Below, piece after piece: positions 1 to 9,586 of a DNA stretch of 17,854 bases (positions are counted from its first letter, which is position 1; each line of letters starts with the position of its first letter). The notes under the pieces are model-generated. The model saw only the letters and a list, made by a program, of their open reading frames with translations. It ran no database searches and was not told where the DNA came from. The DNA is from Candidatus Cloacimonadota bacterium (GTDB taxonomy: Bacteria; Cloacimonadota; Cloacimonadia; Cloacimonadales; WRIO01), in assembly GCA_029564175.1 (NCBI GenBank), contig JAKQQL010000012.1, positions 1 to 17,854 on the forward strand, written 5' to 3'. A program made the translations under genes and the position numbers.

Positions 1-120
1 AACTTTATTGTTTTTGTTTATTCTTACTCTTTTTAAGCTTCTTAAAAACCAAAAATATATAATCCAAAAAATGAAAACCCGATACTATTTTTGGACAGAT
101 AATTTGTTAAGTAAGGCATA

Positions 121-142
121 AATTGACTAATATCAGTCAATT
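121..142. promoter_or_regulatory. 22-bp near-perfect palindrome, putative transcription-factor operator
   Basis: AATTGACT-AATATC-AGTCAATT: perfect 8-bp arms, one mismatched pair over the whole 22 bp; intergenic, with no U-tract or GC stem, so more operator-like than terminator-like. Confidence 0.45.
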
Positions 143-351
143 GCTTAGTAAAATAGGGGGTTTTTGTAGCCGACTCATTTATTCATTATCTCTCCATTGC
201 AAAGATTTACTCTGCTCATTTGTTTAGAAAGGTATTTGACAAGTCTGTATATGAAATTTTTATATAAATACAGAATACGATCTTTCTATATTGAATACTA
301 ATATCATACAGCATCAAATTATGTCAAATAAAATGAATTAAATTTATTATT

Positions 352-3090
352 TCAATGTGCTTCCGCCCAGTTCTTACCTACACCGGCTTCTACTAAAAGT
401 CTGACTTTTTGATTGAACTGTTCTTCCAGTGAGTTCTCCATAATCTTCTGAATAATTTTAACAGTTTCTTCAACAATTTCTTTATGGATTTCAAAAACAA
501 GTTCGTCATGAACCTGAATAATCATCTTCACTTTTGGATTATCTTTGAATAGTTCATGTAAACGAATCATGGCAATCTTTATCACATCGGCTGCAGTACC
601 CTGAATCGGCATATTAACCGCTATTCTCTCCGCTTCAGACTTAATCATTTGATTGGATGAATGGATATTAGGCAAGGGTAATTGTCTGCCAAACAAGGTC
701 TCGACATATGATTCTCTTCTGGCAAATTCTTTTTGTTTTTCTATAAAACTAATGATTTTTGGGAATTTCTCGTAATAATCTTTAATAAAGTCTTTTGCTT
801 CATTCATCGTAATACCCAGTTCTTTTGAGAGAGACTGTGGACCCATGCCATAAATGATGCCGAAATTGATGATTTTAGCTTTTCTTCTCTCGTCAGAGCT
901 TATCTGATTTAAGTCTTTATGAAAAATGATGGCTGCTGTTCTGCTGTGAATATCTTCATTATTCTGAAAAGCTGACAACATGTTTTCATCTTCTGCTATT
1001 AATGCCATCAGACGCAATTCTATTTGTGAATAGTCTGCAGCCACAATCACAAAATCTTTGTTTTGAGGGATAATTGCACGCCTCATTTCTCTTCCTAATT
1101 CGGTTCTAATCGGAATATTCTGCATATTTGGATTTGAACTGGAAAGTCTGCCGGTAGATGTAACAGTCTGGTTGAAAGAAGAATGGATTCTGCCTGTTTT
1201 GTTTTTAATCAGTTTGGGAAAGGCATCTATGTATGTATTTAATAGTTTACTCAGTTGTCTGTATTCAATCAGTTTTTGAGCGATCAGGTGCTCATCTGCC
1301 AGTTTTTCAAGAACTTCATTATCTGTTGAATTACCTGTTTTGGTCTTTTTAACCGATTTAATTTGCATCTTCTCAAAGAGAATCTGACTGAGTTGTTGCG
1401 TGGAATTAATATTAAACTCTTCTCCGGCAATCAGAAAGATTTCCTTTTGAAGCTCGATTAGCTGATTCCCTGTCTTAACAGATAATTCATTTAGTAAAGG
1501 AATGTTAACAAAAACACCATTTCTCTCTATATCAGCTAACACTTTAATTAGAGGTATCTCGATGTCATAATAGAGTTTATCAAGATTCTTATTGATTAAT
1601 TCTTCGTTAAAGCGCTTGTATAGTCTGAAACTGATCCAGCTGTCTTCAGCAGAATAACGGCATGCCTGATTAACTTCAACCGTATCAAAGGTCAGTTGCT
1701 TCTTGCCTTTACCGATTAGTTGATCAATCGGAATCATTTCATAATCAAATTCATTCAAGGCACAGGAATCGAGACTTAAGCGACTTCTACCAGGATCGAG
1801 TATATAGGCTGCCAGCATTGTGTCAAAAATCGGATTATTGATATCCCAACCATGATTAAAAAAGACTTCGTAGTCAAATTTAAAATTATGCCCAATAATT
1901 ACTTTGCCGGCAAAAGCTTCTTTTAACATGGAAATAGCAGTGTCTGTCTCCATATTCTGAGCAAACAGATGAGCAACCGGAATATAATAGGCATTTTCTT
2001 CATCAAAGCAAAATGAAATACCGACAAGTTTGGCAAACAGTGATTCAACTGAGTCTGTTTCAGTATCAAGCGCAATTTCATTTATATCCTTTAATCTGCC
2101 CAAAACATTAGCTAATGCTTCTTCTGTATCCAAGAGTATTGCATTAAATGTATTTTGTGATTTATTTCTCTTGTAGTCATTCTCTTGCTGATCATTTTGT
2201 TGTTCAGTACATTCAATTGATGATATTTTTGGTATTAATTTGTTGATACGCTCAGCCATATACTTTAACTCATGCTCTTTTAAAAAGTCAAGAGACGGAG
2301 CAAGCTGTTCAATATTAAAAACGTAATTGACTTGGCTTAAATCCAGTGGGGCATCTGTAATGATAGTCGCTAGTTTTTGTGAAAGGTAAACATTTTCTTT
2401 AGAACTGATAAGTTTTTCTTTTACAGATTTGGAAGTGATCTTTTCAATATTGGCATACAGATTATCGATATTTTTGAATTCCTGCAACAATGGAATGGCT
2501 GTTTTAGGACCAATTCCTTTTGCTCCGGGGATATTGTCTGCTGAGTCCCCTACCAGTGCCAGATAGTCGATGAATTGTTCAGGTAAAATCTCATATTTTT
2601 CAATGATTGAGTTCTTGTTATAGATCTTTTCATTTTTTGGATCAAAAATCATGATAGAATCATTGACTAGCTGTGCATAGTCTTTATCACCAGTTATGAT
2701 GATTACATTAAATCTTTCCTGATTTTGAACGGCAAGTGTACCTAAAATATCATCTGCTTCATAACCTGCCATTGATATTTCTTTCATACCGGTCAATTCA
2801 AAGAATTGTTTGATTAACTCAATTTGAATGATCAGATCATCCGGCATGGGAGGTCTGTGGATTTTATACTGTTCAGTTAACTGATGTCTAAAGGTGGGTT
2901 CTTTTCTGTCAAAAGAAATTGCAATATGAGAGGGCTTAAACTGATCGATCAATTTTAGAAAAGAATTAATAACTCCGTTAAGGGCACTAGTTGGAGTACC
3001 TTTGGAATTGATCAGAGGATTGTTTATAAATGCATAGTATGAACGGTATGCTAAAGCTGTACCATCTATCAGATAAAGCGTCTCTTTCAT
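352..3090 (-). CDS. polA: DNA polymerase I (912 aa)
   Basis: 5'-3' exonuclease motifs (LIDGTALAYR, EADD, GDKD, GDSADNIPG); 3'-5' exo motifs DTET, HNFKFD and YSAED; Pol A motifs TGRLSSSNPNMQNIP, ADYSQIELR, RRKAKIINFGIIYG and QVHDEL. Start moved from the ORF-track 3156 (inside uvrB) to ATG 3090 (MKETLYLID), which has an AAGGA RBS. Confidence 0.98.
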   Translation of the reverse strand: MKETLYLIDGTALAYRSYYAFINNPLINSKGTPTSALNGVINSFLKLIDQFKPSHIAISFDRKEPTFRHQLTEQYKIHRPPMPDDLIIQIELIKQFFELTGMKEISMAGYEADDILGTLAVQNQERFNVIIITGDKDYAQLVNDSIMIFDPKNEKIYNKNSIIEKYEILPEQFIDYLALVGDSADNIPGAKGIGPKTAIPLLQEFKNIDNLYANIEKITSKSVKEKLISSKENVYLSQKLATIITDAPLDLSQVNYVFNIEQLAPSLDFLKEHELKYMAERINKLIPKISSIECTEQQNDQQENDYKRNKSQNTFNAILLDTEEALANVLGRLKDINEIALDTETDSVESLFAKLVGISFCFDEENAYYIPVAHLFAQNMETDTAISMLKEAFAGKVIIGHNFKFDYEVFFNHGWDINNPIFDTMLAAYILDPGRSRLSLDSCALNEFDYEMIPIDQLIGKGKKQLTFDTVEVNQACRYSAEDSWISFRLYKRFNEELINKNLDKLYYDIEIPLIKVLADIERNGVFVNIPLLNELSVKTGNQLIELQKEIFLIAGEEFNINSTQQLSQILFEKMQIKSVKKTKTGNSTDNEVLEKLADEHLIAQKLIEYRQLSKLLNTYIDAFPKLIKNKTGRIHSSFNQTVTSTGRLSSSNPNMQNIPIRTELGREMRRAIIPQNKDFVIVAADYSQIELRLMALIAEDENMLSAFQNNEDIHSRTAAIIFHKDLNQISSDERRKAKIINFGIIYGMGPQSLSKELGITMNEAKDFIKDYYEKFPKIISFIEKQKEFARRESYVETLFGRQLPLPNIHSSNQMIKSEAERIAVNMPIQGTAADVIKIAMIRLHELFKDNPKVKMIIQVHDELVFEIHKEIVEETVKIIQKIMENSLEEQFNQKVRLLVEAGVGKNWAEAH

Positions 3091-3103
3091 GTTATTTCCT
3101 TTT

Positions 3104-5191
3104 TTATGATTTTCTGTTTTTTCTATGTTTTGAGGGTTTATAGTCAGTCTTGTCATCTGGTGCAGGAGAATTTTCTGTTAATTCACTGGTGTCGTACTGA
3201 CTTTCCAGCTCATTGATACGGTCTCTGAGTTCGGCAGCTAATTCAAAATTAAGATTTTGGGCTGCTGCTTTCATTTCTTTTTTCAAAATCTTTATTATAT
3301 CTGTCATAGAGTCTAAATGCAGGTAGGGTTTAACTTCCTCCATTTTTTCCTGTTTTTTATTGCTGTCATATTGCTGATAACCTTCTGCTACAGAAGTGGA
3401 TTGAAGAATGTCTTCAACTGATTTCTCTATCTGCTTTGGAATAATACCATTTGCATCATTGTAAGCAAGCTGTTTTTCACGACGGCGATTGGTTTCATCA
3501 ATGGTTTGTTTCATTGCATCTGTAATCTCATCTGCATAAAAAATAACCGTACCTTCCACATGTCGGGCTGCACGGCCGGCTGTTTGTATGAGAGAACGAG
3601 CAGAGCGAAGAAAACCAGTTTTATCTGCATCCAGAACTGCCACTAAAGAGACTTCCGGTAAATCAAGCCCCTCTCTAAGCAAATTGATACCGATCAAAAC
3701 GTCAAAATCCCCTAATCGAAGTTCTCTGATGATCTTTGATCTTTCGATCGTATCAATTTCACTATGTAAATAGCGTACTCTGATGCCAATATCTGAGAAA
3801 TATTTACTTAAATCTTCTGACATCCTTTTGGTAAGTGTTGTTACTAATACTCTTTGATTTTTATCTGTTCTGATCCTGATTTCTGCGATCAGGTCATCTA
3901 TTTGATTATCAAGTGGTTTTACAATGATTTGCGGATCCAGTAAACCGGTTGGGCGAATCACCTGTTCAACGAATTCTCCCTGAGTTTGATATAATTCATA
4001 GTCTGAAGGAGTCGCAGAAACATAGATCACCTGATTGACTTTTTGTTCAAATTCTTCAAATTTTAAAGGTCTGTTATCAAATGCAGATGGCAATCTAAAT
4101 CCATACTCTACCAGATTTTTCTTTCTCGAATAATCACCTGCATACATAGCTCTGACCTGTGGAACGCTCACATGGGATTCATCGATAAACATCAGGAAAT
4201 CTTTTGGAAAATAGTCCAGTAAGCAAAAAGGTGCGCTCCCTGGTTCTGCTCCTGTTAAGTGTCTGGAATAGTTTTCTATACCTGAACAAAAACCGATTTC
4301 TTTCAGCATTTCCAGATCATATCTGGTTCTTTGTTCGATTCTCTGAGCTTCTATCAATTTATTCTGTTCATTAAATGAGCGAATTTGCTTATTTAATTCT
4401 GTTTCGATGGAGAGTGTTGCTTTATCAAGTCTTTCTTTTGACATGACAAAGTGATTTGCAGGATAAATTGGATAAGATTGTACTTCTTCAAGTACATGAC
4501 CGCTTATTGGATTGAGACGTGTGATTTTTTCAATTTCATCACCAAAAAATTGGATACGGATTGAATTCTCCAGGTAAGCCGGATAAATGTCCAATACATC
4601 GCCACGTACTCTGAAACTGCCTCTTTCAAAAGCAATGTCATTTCTGCCGTAGTGACTATTTATTAATCTCATTAGCAATTCATCCCTGTCAATCTCTTGA
4701 CCTACCTTTAGAGAAATTACGGCTTCACGATACTCTTCCGGAACCCCTAACCCATAAATACAAGATACGCTGGCAACAACGATGACATCATTTCTCTCAA
4801 ATAATGACATGGTTGCTTTTAAACGAAGGCGTTCTATCTGTTCATTGATATCAGAGTCTTTCTCGATATAAAGATCTTTACCTGGGATATAGGCTTCCGG
4901 TTGGTAATAATCGTAGTAACTAATGAAATACTCCACTGCATTATCAGGGAAGAGTTGTTTGAATTCACCATAAAGCTGAGCAGCGAGGGTTTTATTATGA
5001 GATAAAATTAAAGTAGGTTTATTTACTCTGGCAATTACATTCGCCATGGTAAAGGTTTTTCCTGAACCGGTAACACCAAGTAAAACCTGATGTTTCTTGT
5101 TCTCAGCTATATTCTTTACCAATTCATCTATTGCATCAGGTTGATCACCTTTTGGTGAATATTTTGATACAATTTTAAAAGTATTTTCCAT
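3104..5191 (-). CDS. uvrB: Excinuclease ABC subunit B
   Basis: GVTGSGKT Walker [11 protein letters not shown] beta-hairpin, [22 protein letters not shown] and a C-terminal UVR coiled coil ([18 protein letters not shown]); GAGGG RBS; ends 13 nt before the polA start. Confidence 0.98.
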   Translation of the reverse strand: MENTFKIVSKYSPKGDQPDAIDELVKNIAENKKHQVLLGVTGSGKTFTMANVIARVNKPTLILSHNKTLAAQLYGEFKQLFPDNAVEYFISYYDYYQPEAYIPGKDLYIEKDSDINEQIERLRLKATMSLFERNDVIVVASVSCIYGLGVPEEYREAVISLKVGQEIDRDELLMRLINSHYGRNDIAFERGSFRVRGDVLDIYPAYLENSIRIQFFGDEIEKITRLNPISGHVLEEVQSYPIYPANHFVMSKERLDKATLSIETELNKQIRSFNEQNKLIEAQRIEQRTRYDLEMLKEIGFCSGIENYSRHLTGAEPGSAPFCLLDYFPKDFLMFIDESHVSVPQVRAMYAGDYSRKKNLVEYGFRLPSAFDNRPLKFEEFEQKVNQVIYVSATPSDYELYQTQGEFVEQVIRPTGLLDPQIIVKPLDNQIDDLIAEIRIRTDKNQRVLVTTLTKRMSEDLSKYFSDIGIRVRYLHSEIDTIERSKIIRELRLGDFDVLIGINLLREGLDLPEVSLVAVLDADKTGFLRSARSLIQTAGRAARHVEGTVIFYADEITDAMKQTIDETNRRREKQLAYNDANGIIPKQIEKSVEDILQSTSVAEGYQQYDSNKKQEKMEEVKPYLHLDSMTDIIKILKKEMKAAAQNLNFELAAELRDRINELESQYDTSELTENSPAPDDKTDYKPSKHRKNRKS

Positions 5192-5215
5192 ACATCCCTC
5201 ACTTTACATTTCAAC

Positions 5216-5249
5216 AACAAAAAAGAACACAATTTAGAATTGTGTTCTT
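5216..5249 (-). terminator. Probable intrinsic terminator of the che cluster
   Basis: Perfect 12-bp inverted repeat AAGAACACAATT-TAG-AATTGTGTTCTT (5223-5249), followed on the minus strand by TTTTGTT; 26 nt after the CheX-fusion stop. The stem is AT-rich, so an operator role is not excluded. Confidence 0.6.
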
Positions 5250-5275
5250 AAAATTGAGTTTGTTTGTCAATAAAT

Positions 5276-6115
5276 TTATTCAGGATAGCCCAAAACATTC
5301 ATGCATAATTGAACAGCAAAGTAATCATCTTCAATCGAAAACACCATGACGACACAAGGAATATCTTTTTGTTGAATAACTCTATGTTGATTTCCTGTAA
5401 TCACAGTAGGTGCAGAAAGTAAAAAGTGTAATTCAGAATCTCCTAATCTGGCCTTTGCTCCACCTGCAATCATGTTAATTAGTTCACCAACGCCGTCATG
5501 TTGTTCTTCTTCAGATATTTCTTCAATAGGGACTCCCATGATTGATGAAATGATTTTGCCTGAAAGTTCCTCAAAGAAGGAAATCATAATGATCCCCTTT
5601 TTTTCTCCTGCCAATGCCATGATGCCTGAAACATCCCCATAATGGAATGGAGATGTGTTCAAATAGGTTTCCACCAATTCTACATTAATGACTGCCATCA
5701 TTGACAGTATTTCCTGGATTGAAAGAATAAAAGGCGTTAAAACAGCTTCATTATAAAACTTTGATCTATCAACCATGATTCTGATATCTGACAGATGATT
5801 GACCAGCTCTTCGTCGGACAGGGGAAGTAATTCGACAAAGTCTGCACCATAAGTTAAAGTGGTTTTCTTCATCTCAAGTGTAATTGTATTCGTAAAAACC
5901 ATAAATTTTATGTTTCTGAAAGCAATCTTCCTGCGAATTAATTTAATGATATCTAAATCAACTTCTTCCTGATAAAAAACGATTAAAGAATAATCGTATA
6001 TAGAATCAAGAATTTTTTCAGACCAGTCTTCAAAAGTCGGCTCGAAAGTCTTGGATTCAACAATAGCATATAGTGAAAAATTATCTTTTAAGTTCAGAAA
6101 GATGGCTTTCTTCAT
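5276..6115 (-). CDS. cheX: CheX-family phosphatase with N-terminal degenerate receiver-like domain
   Basis: C-terminal ~150 aa has CheX hallmarks (GDVSGIMALAG, DGVGELINMIAG with the E-x2-N motif, LSAPTVITG). N-terminal ~115 aa has a receiver-like pattern (IKFMVFT, YGADFVELLPLSDEEL). Start overlaps the HDOD stop (TAATG). Confidence 0.85.
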   Translation of the reverse strand: MKKAIFLNLKDNFSLYAIVESKTFEPTFEDWSEKILDSIYDYSLIVFYQEEVDLDIIKLIRRKIAFRNIKFMVFTNTITLEMKKTTLTYGADFVELLPLSDEELVNHLSDIRIMVDRSKFYNEAVLTPFILSIQEILSMMAVINVELVETYLNTSPFHYGDVSGIMALAGEKKGIIMISFFEELSGKIISSIMGVPIEEISEEEQHDGVGELINMIAGGAKARLGDSELHFLLSAPTVITGNQHRVIQQKDIPCVVMVFSIEDDYFAVQLCMNVLGYPE

Positions 6116-6966
6116 TATTTCCCCCCAAATTTTAAAATTTGTTTCGCTTTATCTACTTCTGATTCAACCATTGTGATCAGCTCTGGCAGTGATTCTACAT
6201 TAAGTTTAAGGTCACTGAATATATCGTCATAAAAACCTTCGGGGAAAAAGCCTGTTCCATTATCAATTCCCCTGTTATTACTGATAAAATTCGCTAAATA
6301 AACAATCTTTGCATCTCTGACAGATAATTTGGCATGCTGAGGATGATGATGGTATTCTACAACATCAATTATCTGCTCAGGGATTTTCCATTTATTTAAT
6401 AAAAAAGCACCAATTTCAGCATGAGTTATGCCGAGAATTTTTTCTTCGACCAGCTCTAAATCGAAACGCTTATTTGCTGCTATTTCAAAGACTTTCTTGT
6501 ACATATTGGTAAAGTACTGATCCAGAATTAGCACCCCAATATCATGCAAAATACCACATGTAAAAAGCCTGTCAGATTTTTGCTCATTACCAGAGAGTTT
6601 TTCAAGATAAAGTGCTAAGAATGCCGTTGTGATGGAATGAGTCCAAAATTTCTTATAATCTACAAACATGGATTTGAAACTGTTTAAAAAGGCTATAGTA
6701 AGAGTCAATCGTCTGATTTCGGCAAATCCCAGTCTTGATATAGCCTGCTGTAAACTCACAATTCTTTGTGTTCCTGCATAAACAGCAGAATTAGCGACTT
6801 TTAATACTTTACCAGTGAGAGCCGGATCCAGTTTGATCACCTTGCCGATATCATCTGCTGAAGTGTCGGGGTTATGAGTAAGTCGTTCTACTTCAGCAGC
6901 AATTGTTAGTAAAGTAGGTACTTCTTCGATATTGTTTAACTTATCCAATATCATTTGTCTATACAT
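6115..6966 (-). CDS. HDOD domain-containing protein
   Basis: EVPTL, DPALTGKVLKVANS, SLQQAISRLG, FWTHS, GILHDIG, THAEIGAFLLNKWKIP and YHHHP are typical HDOD motifs. Confidence 0.92.
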   Translation of the reverse strand: MYRQMILDKLNNIEEVPTLLTIAAEVERLTHNPDTSADDIGKVIKLDPALTGKVLKVANSAVYAGTQRIVSLQQAISRLGFAEIRRLTLTIAFLNSFKSMFVDYKKFWTHSITTAFLALYLEKLSGNEQKSDRLFTCGILHDIGVLILDQYFTNMYKKVFEIAANKRFDLELVEEKILGITHAEIGAFLLNKWKIPEQIIDVVEYHHHPQHAKLSVRDAKIVYLANFISNNRGIDNGTGFFPEGFYDDIFSDLKLNVESLPELITMVESEVDKAKQILKFGGK

Positions 6967-6998
6967 AATTTTGCCTAACTCTTATCATATTTTTTTTG

Positions 6999-7436
6999 TT
7001 ATAATTCAAAATCGTCCATATCCAGACTTGGTAAATCTTCCTGATTCTCAGAACTATCATTTACACCACTCAGACCAAGACATTCAAGGATTTTGATAGA
7101 CAAGTCTTCGGGAGTAAAAGGCTTAGTTAAATAATTGTCAGCTCCGGACTGAATGGCCTTGATTACATTTTTTCTTTCCCCTTCTGTTGTTACCATCATT
7201 ACAGGGATGTGTTTGAAACGATCTGAAGATTTAATGATTTTAAGTAAATCATAACCGTTCATACCTGGCATGTTCCAATCTAAGAGGATAAGATTAATCT
7301 CACTGCTTTTTTCTTCCAAAACTTCCAATGCCTTATCTGCATTTGCTGCTTCCAGTGCTTCGTACCCCAAGGACTTAAGTGTATTAATGATGATCATACG
7401 AATCATACGAGAATCGTCAACTGTTAAGATTTTCAT
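6999..7436 (-). CDS. cheY: CheY-like single-domain response regulator with acidic C-terminal tail
   Basis: VDDS, LLDWNMP (phosphoacceptor Asp), MVTT, YLTKPF; lies directly after cheR. Confidence 0.85.
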   Translation of the reverse strand: MKILTVDDSRMIRMIIINTLKSLGYEALEAANADKALEVLEEKSSEINLILLDWNMPGMNGYDLLKIIKSSDRFKHIPVMMVTTEGERKNVIKAIQSGADNYLTKPFTPEDLSIKILECLGLSGVNDSSENQEDLPSLDMDDFEL

Positions 7437-7445
7437 ATCTATCCC

Positions 7446-8297
7446 TTACTTTTTCGGTTTATAGTATACGCCTTTTTGATACTCCAACTGTTCAAAATCA
7501 GTGGAATAACCTATCAAACTTTCAGTTGACCCTATAAAAAAATAGCCATCAGAGTTAAGCTTATTATAAATTTTCTTAAAAAGGTCTTTTTTGAAATCAG
7601 GCGAGAAATAAATGGCAACATTTCTACAAAAAATTAAATCACAGCTTGGAATTTTAGTAAAATCATGCTGAAGATTAAATTGTTTGTAGATAATCATTTG
7701 TTTGAGCTCTGGTTTGATTTCAGATACTCCGTTATTGTCAGTAAAATATTTGTCTTTATAACCAGGCAACATGCCTCTGGACATGGCAATCGTATTATAT
7801 CTGCCTGAAATTGCCATATAAAGAGCGCTTGGCGAAATATCTGTACCTAATATAGTAAATTGACTTTTATTGACTCTGCCATCTCTCTTGATTGCTTCAT
7901 CAAGTAACATGGCAAAAGAGTAAGGCTCCTGGCCGGTTGAACAGGCTGCAGACCAGATGGTAATCTTTTGCTTACGGCCTGTTTTTAAATCGTCAATAAA
8001 TTTAGGTATCAACACTTCCTTTAAAATAGTCCATGGCTTCATATCTCTGAACCAGAGAGTCTCGTTAGTGGTCATGGCATCGACTATTTTATCACGTAAT
8101 TTTTTTGTGATATCACTTTTTGCTTTAAGGTAAAATTCCTTAAAACTGCTACAGCCGGTTTCAACGACTAATCGGGCTAAGCGGCTTTCTATCAGATAGA
8201 CTTTTTCGTCACCTACAACGATACCGCATTCCTGTTGAATGTACTCTCTGAGGAGTACAAATTCTTCATGGTTAATCGCAATTTTTGAGGATAACAT
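7446..8297 (-). CDS. cheR: Chemotaxis protein-glutamate O-methyltransferase
   Basis: TTNETLWFRD, IWSAACSTGQEPYS, GTDIS, CRNVAIYF and GSTESL motifs. Confidence 0.96.
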   Translation of the reverse strand: MLSSKIAINHEEFVLLREYIQQECGIVVGDEKVYLIESRLARLVVETGCSSFKEFYLKAKSDITKKLRDKIVDAMTTNETLWFRDMKPWTILKEVLIPKFIDDLKTGRKQKITIWSAACSTGQEPYSFAMLLDEAIKRDGRVNKSQFTILGTDISPSALYMAISGRYNTIAMSRGMLPGYKDKYFTDNNGVSEIKPELKQMIIYKQFNLQHDFTKIPSCDLIFCRNVAIYFSPDFKKDLFKKIYNKLNSDGYFFIGSTESLIGYSTDFEQLEYQKGVYYKPKK

Positions 8298-8313
8298 TTA
8301 AACCCCGTTCCCT

Positions 8314-9450
8314 TTATTTTATGCCATTTTTTACGAGTTGATATATACGAGAAGATAATTGATCCAGATGGACAGATTCGTCAGATAACCCTGCTTCATC
8401 AACTGCTCTGGGCATTCCATATACAACACATGAATCTTCAGTTTGAGTGATCGAATAACATCCTGTCTTTTTTAATGATTTGACGCCATTCATTCCGTCA
8501 GAACCCATACCTGTCATGATGACAGAAAGAATATTGTTGTTATATACTGACGGCACAGATTCATATAAAACATCAACTGATGGTTTACATGAATTGACAG
8601 GAGGTGAATCAATAATTGAAATAATCGCATTTCCTCCTTCTTTTTTGACAGCCATATGCTTGCCGCCAGGTGCTATATAGACTTTACTGCGTTCGATGAT
8701 TTGTCCATCTTCAGCTTCAATAACTGGTAAAGTGGATTTACTGTTTAAATGGTTTGCAAGAGATTTTGTAAACATGGGAGGCATATGTTGAACGATTAAA
8801 ATCGGTACACCAATATCAGCCGGAATGAAAGGGATGAATTTCGCTAAAGCATTTGGACCACCGGTTGATATTCCTATAATCAATACATCTGCTTTTCTGG
8901 GATTTGGCGCAAAAGTGATTGCTTGTGTTTTGGGTGATTCTGGTCTGACACTACCTGGGGTACTTAAGGAGACAGGTTTAACCTCTCTTGGCTTGATACT
9001 ACTTTCTGTTGATCTTCCTGATTTTGCTCCTGAAATGGCTTTTTTAGTCTGAAAAAGTGAAATGATTGGAATCAAACTGTTTTTTAAGGACTGAATATTA
9101 GCTTCGATATTATTGCCTATTGGCTTCGGAACGAAATCAATTGCCCCTTTTTGAAGCGCTTCCATTGTAATGGATGCTTGTCTTTCATTGATACCTGAAA
9201 CCATTATGACACCAATTTCAGGATACTTAGCCTTTATTTCAACTAAGGTTTCCAATCCGTCTTTGACCGGCATTTCTACATCAAGTAAAACCAAATCCGG
9301 TTTATCGACTTCCATCTTTCTCAAAGCCAGATCTCCGTTTGGTGCTGTGCCAATGACTTCAGTATTATCAATCTCTGAAACAACATCTTTTAAAATCTTT
9401 CTGTAAATCACTGTGTCATCTACAACCAAAACCTTTATCATCTGATTCAA
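8314..9450 (-). CDS. cheB: Chemotaxis response regulator protein-glutamate methylesterase
   Basis: N-terminal receiver (VVDD, LLDVEMP, KP), Pro/Ser-rich linker and methylesterase triad GISTGGP / VQHMP / MTGMGSDG. TTG start with a GGGGG RBS 7 nt upstream; ATG at 9441 is an alternative start. Confidence 0.96.
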   Translation of the reverse strand: MNQMIKVLVVDDTVIYRKILKDVVSEIDNTEVIGTAPNGDLALRKMEVDKPDLVLLDVEMPVKDGLETLVEIKAKYPEIGVIMVSGINERQASITMEALQKGAIDFVPKPIGNNIEANIQSLKNSLIPIISLFQTKKAISGAKSGRSTESSIKPREVKPVSLSTPGSVRPESPKTQAITFAPNPRKADVLIIGISTGGPNALAKFIPFIPADIGVPILIVQHMPPMFTKSLANHLNSKSTLPVIEAEDGQIIERSKVYIAPGGKHMAVKKEGGNAIISIIDSPPVNSCKPSVDVLYESVPSVYNNNILSVIMTGMGSDGMNGVKSLKKTGCYSITQTEDSCVVYGMPRAVDEAGLSDESVHLDQLSSRIYQLVKNGIK

Positions 9451-9482
9451 GTTAAAACCCCCATATTAAGTCTTCAAATTAA

Positions 9483-9510
9483 AATATAGCATAATACAAG
9501 TAATTGTCAA
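9483..9510 (-). promoter_or_regulatory. Putative sigma70-type promoter of cheB
   Basis: TTGACA (9510-9505), 16-nt spacer ending in TGC, TATATT (9488-9483); 32 nt upstream of the cheB start. Confidence 0.55.
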
Positions 9511-9586
9511 GAATAATTTCTAATCTTTACAAAATATTTCAATTTCGTTCTGATTTAAAGCCTTTTTCTTAAAATGAAAGGTTCGC

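Noticed and set aside
236..266. + strand TTGACA promoter antisense to polA
   Set aside because: No properly spaced -10; such hexamers arise by chance in AT-rich DNA.
3091..3156. 22-aa N-terminal extension of PolA in the ORF track
   Set aside because: Overlaps the uvrB 3' end; ATG 3090 has an RBS and gives the typical PolA N-terminus.
3588..9406. Short + strand ORFs (3588-3773, 7270-7464, 8480-8680, 8825-9052, 9170-9406)
   Set aside because: Antisense shadows of well-supported uvrB, cheY and cheB genes, with no recognisable motifs.
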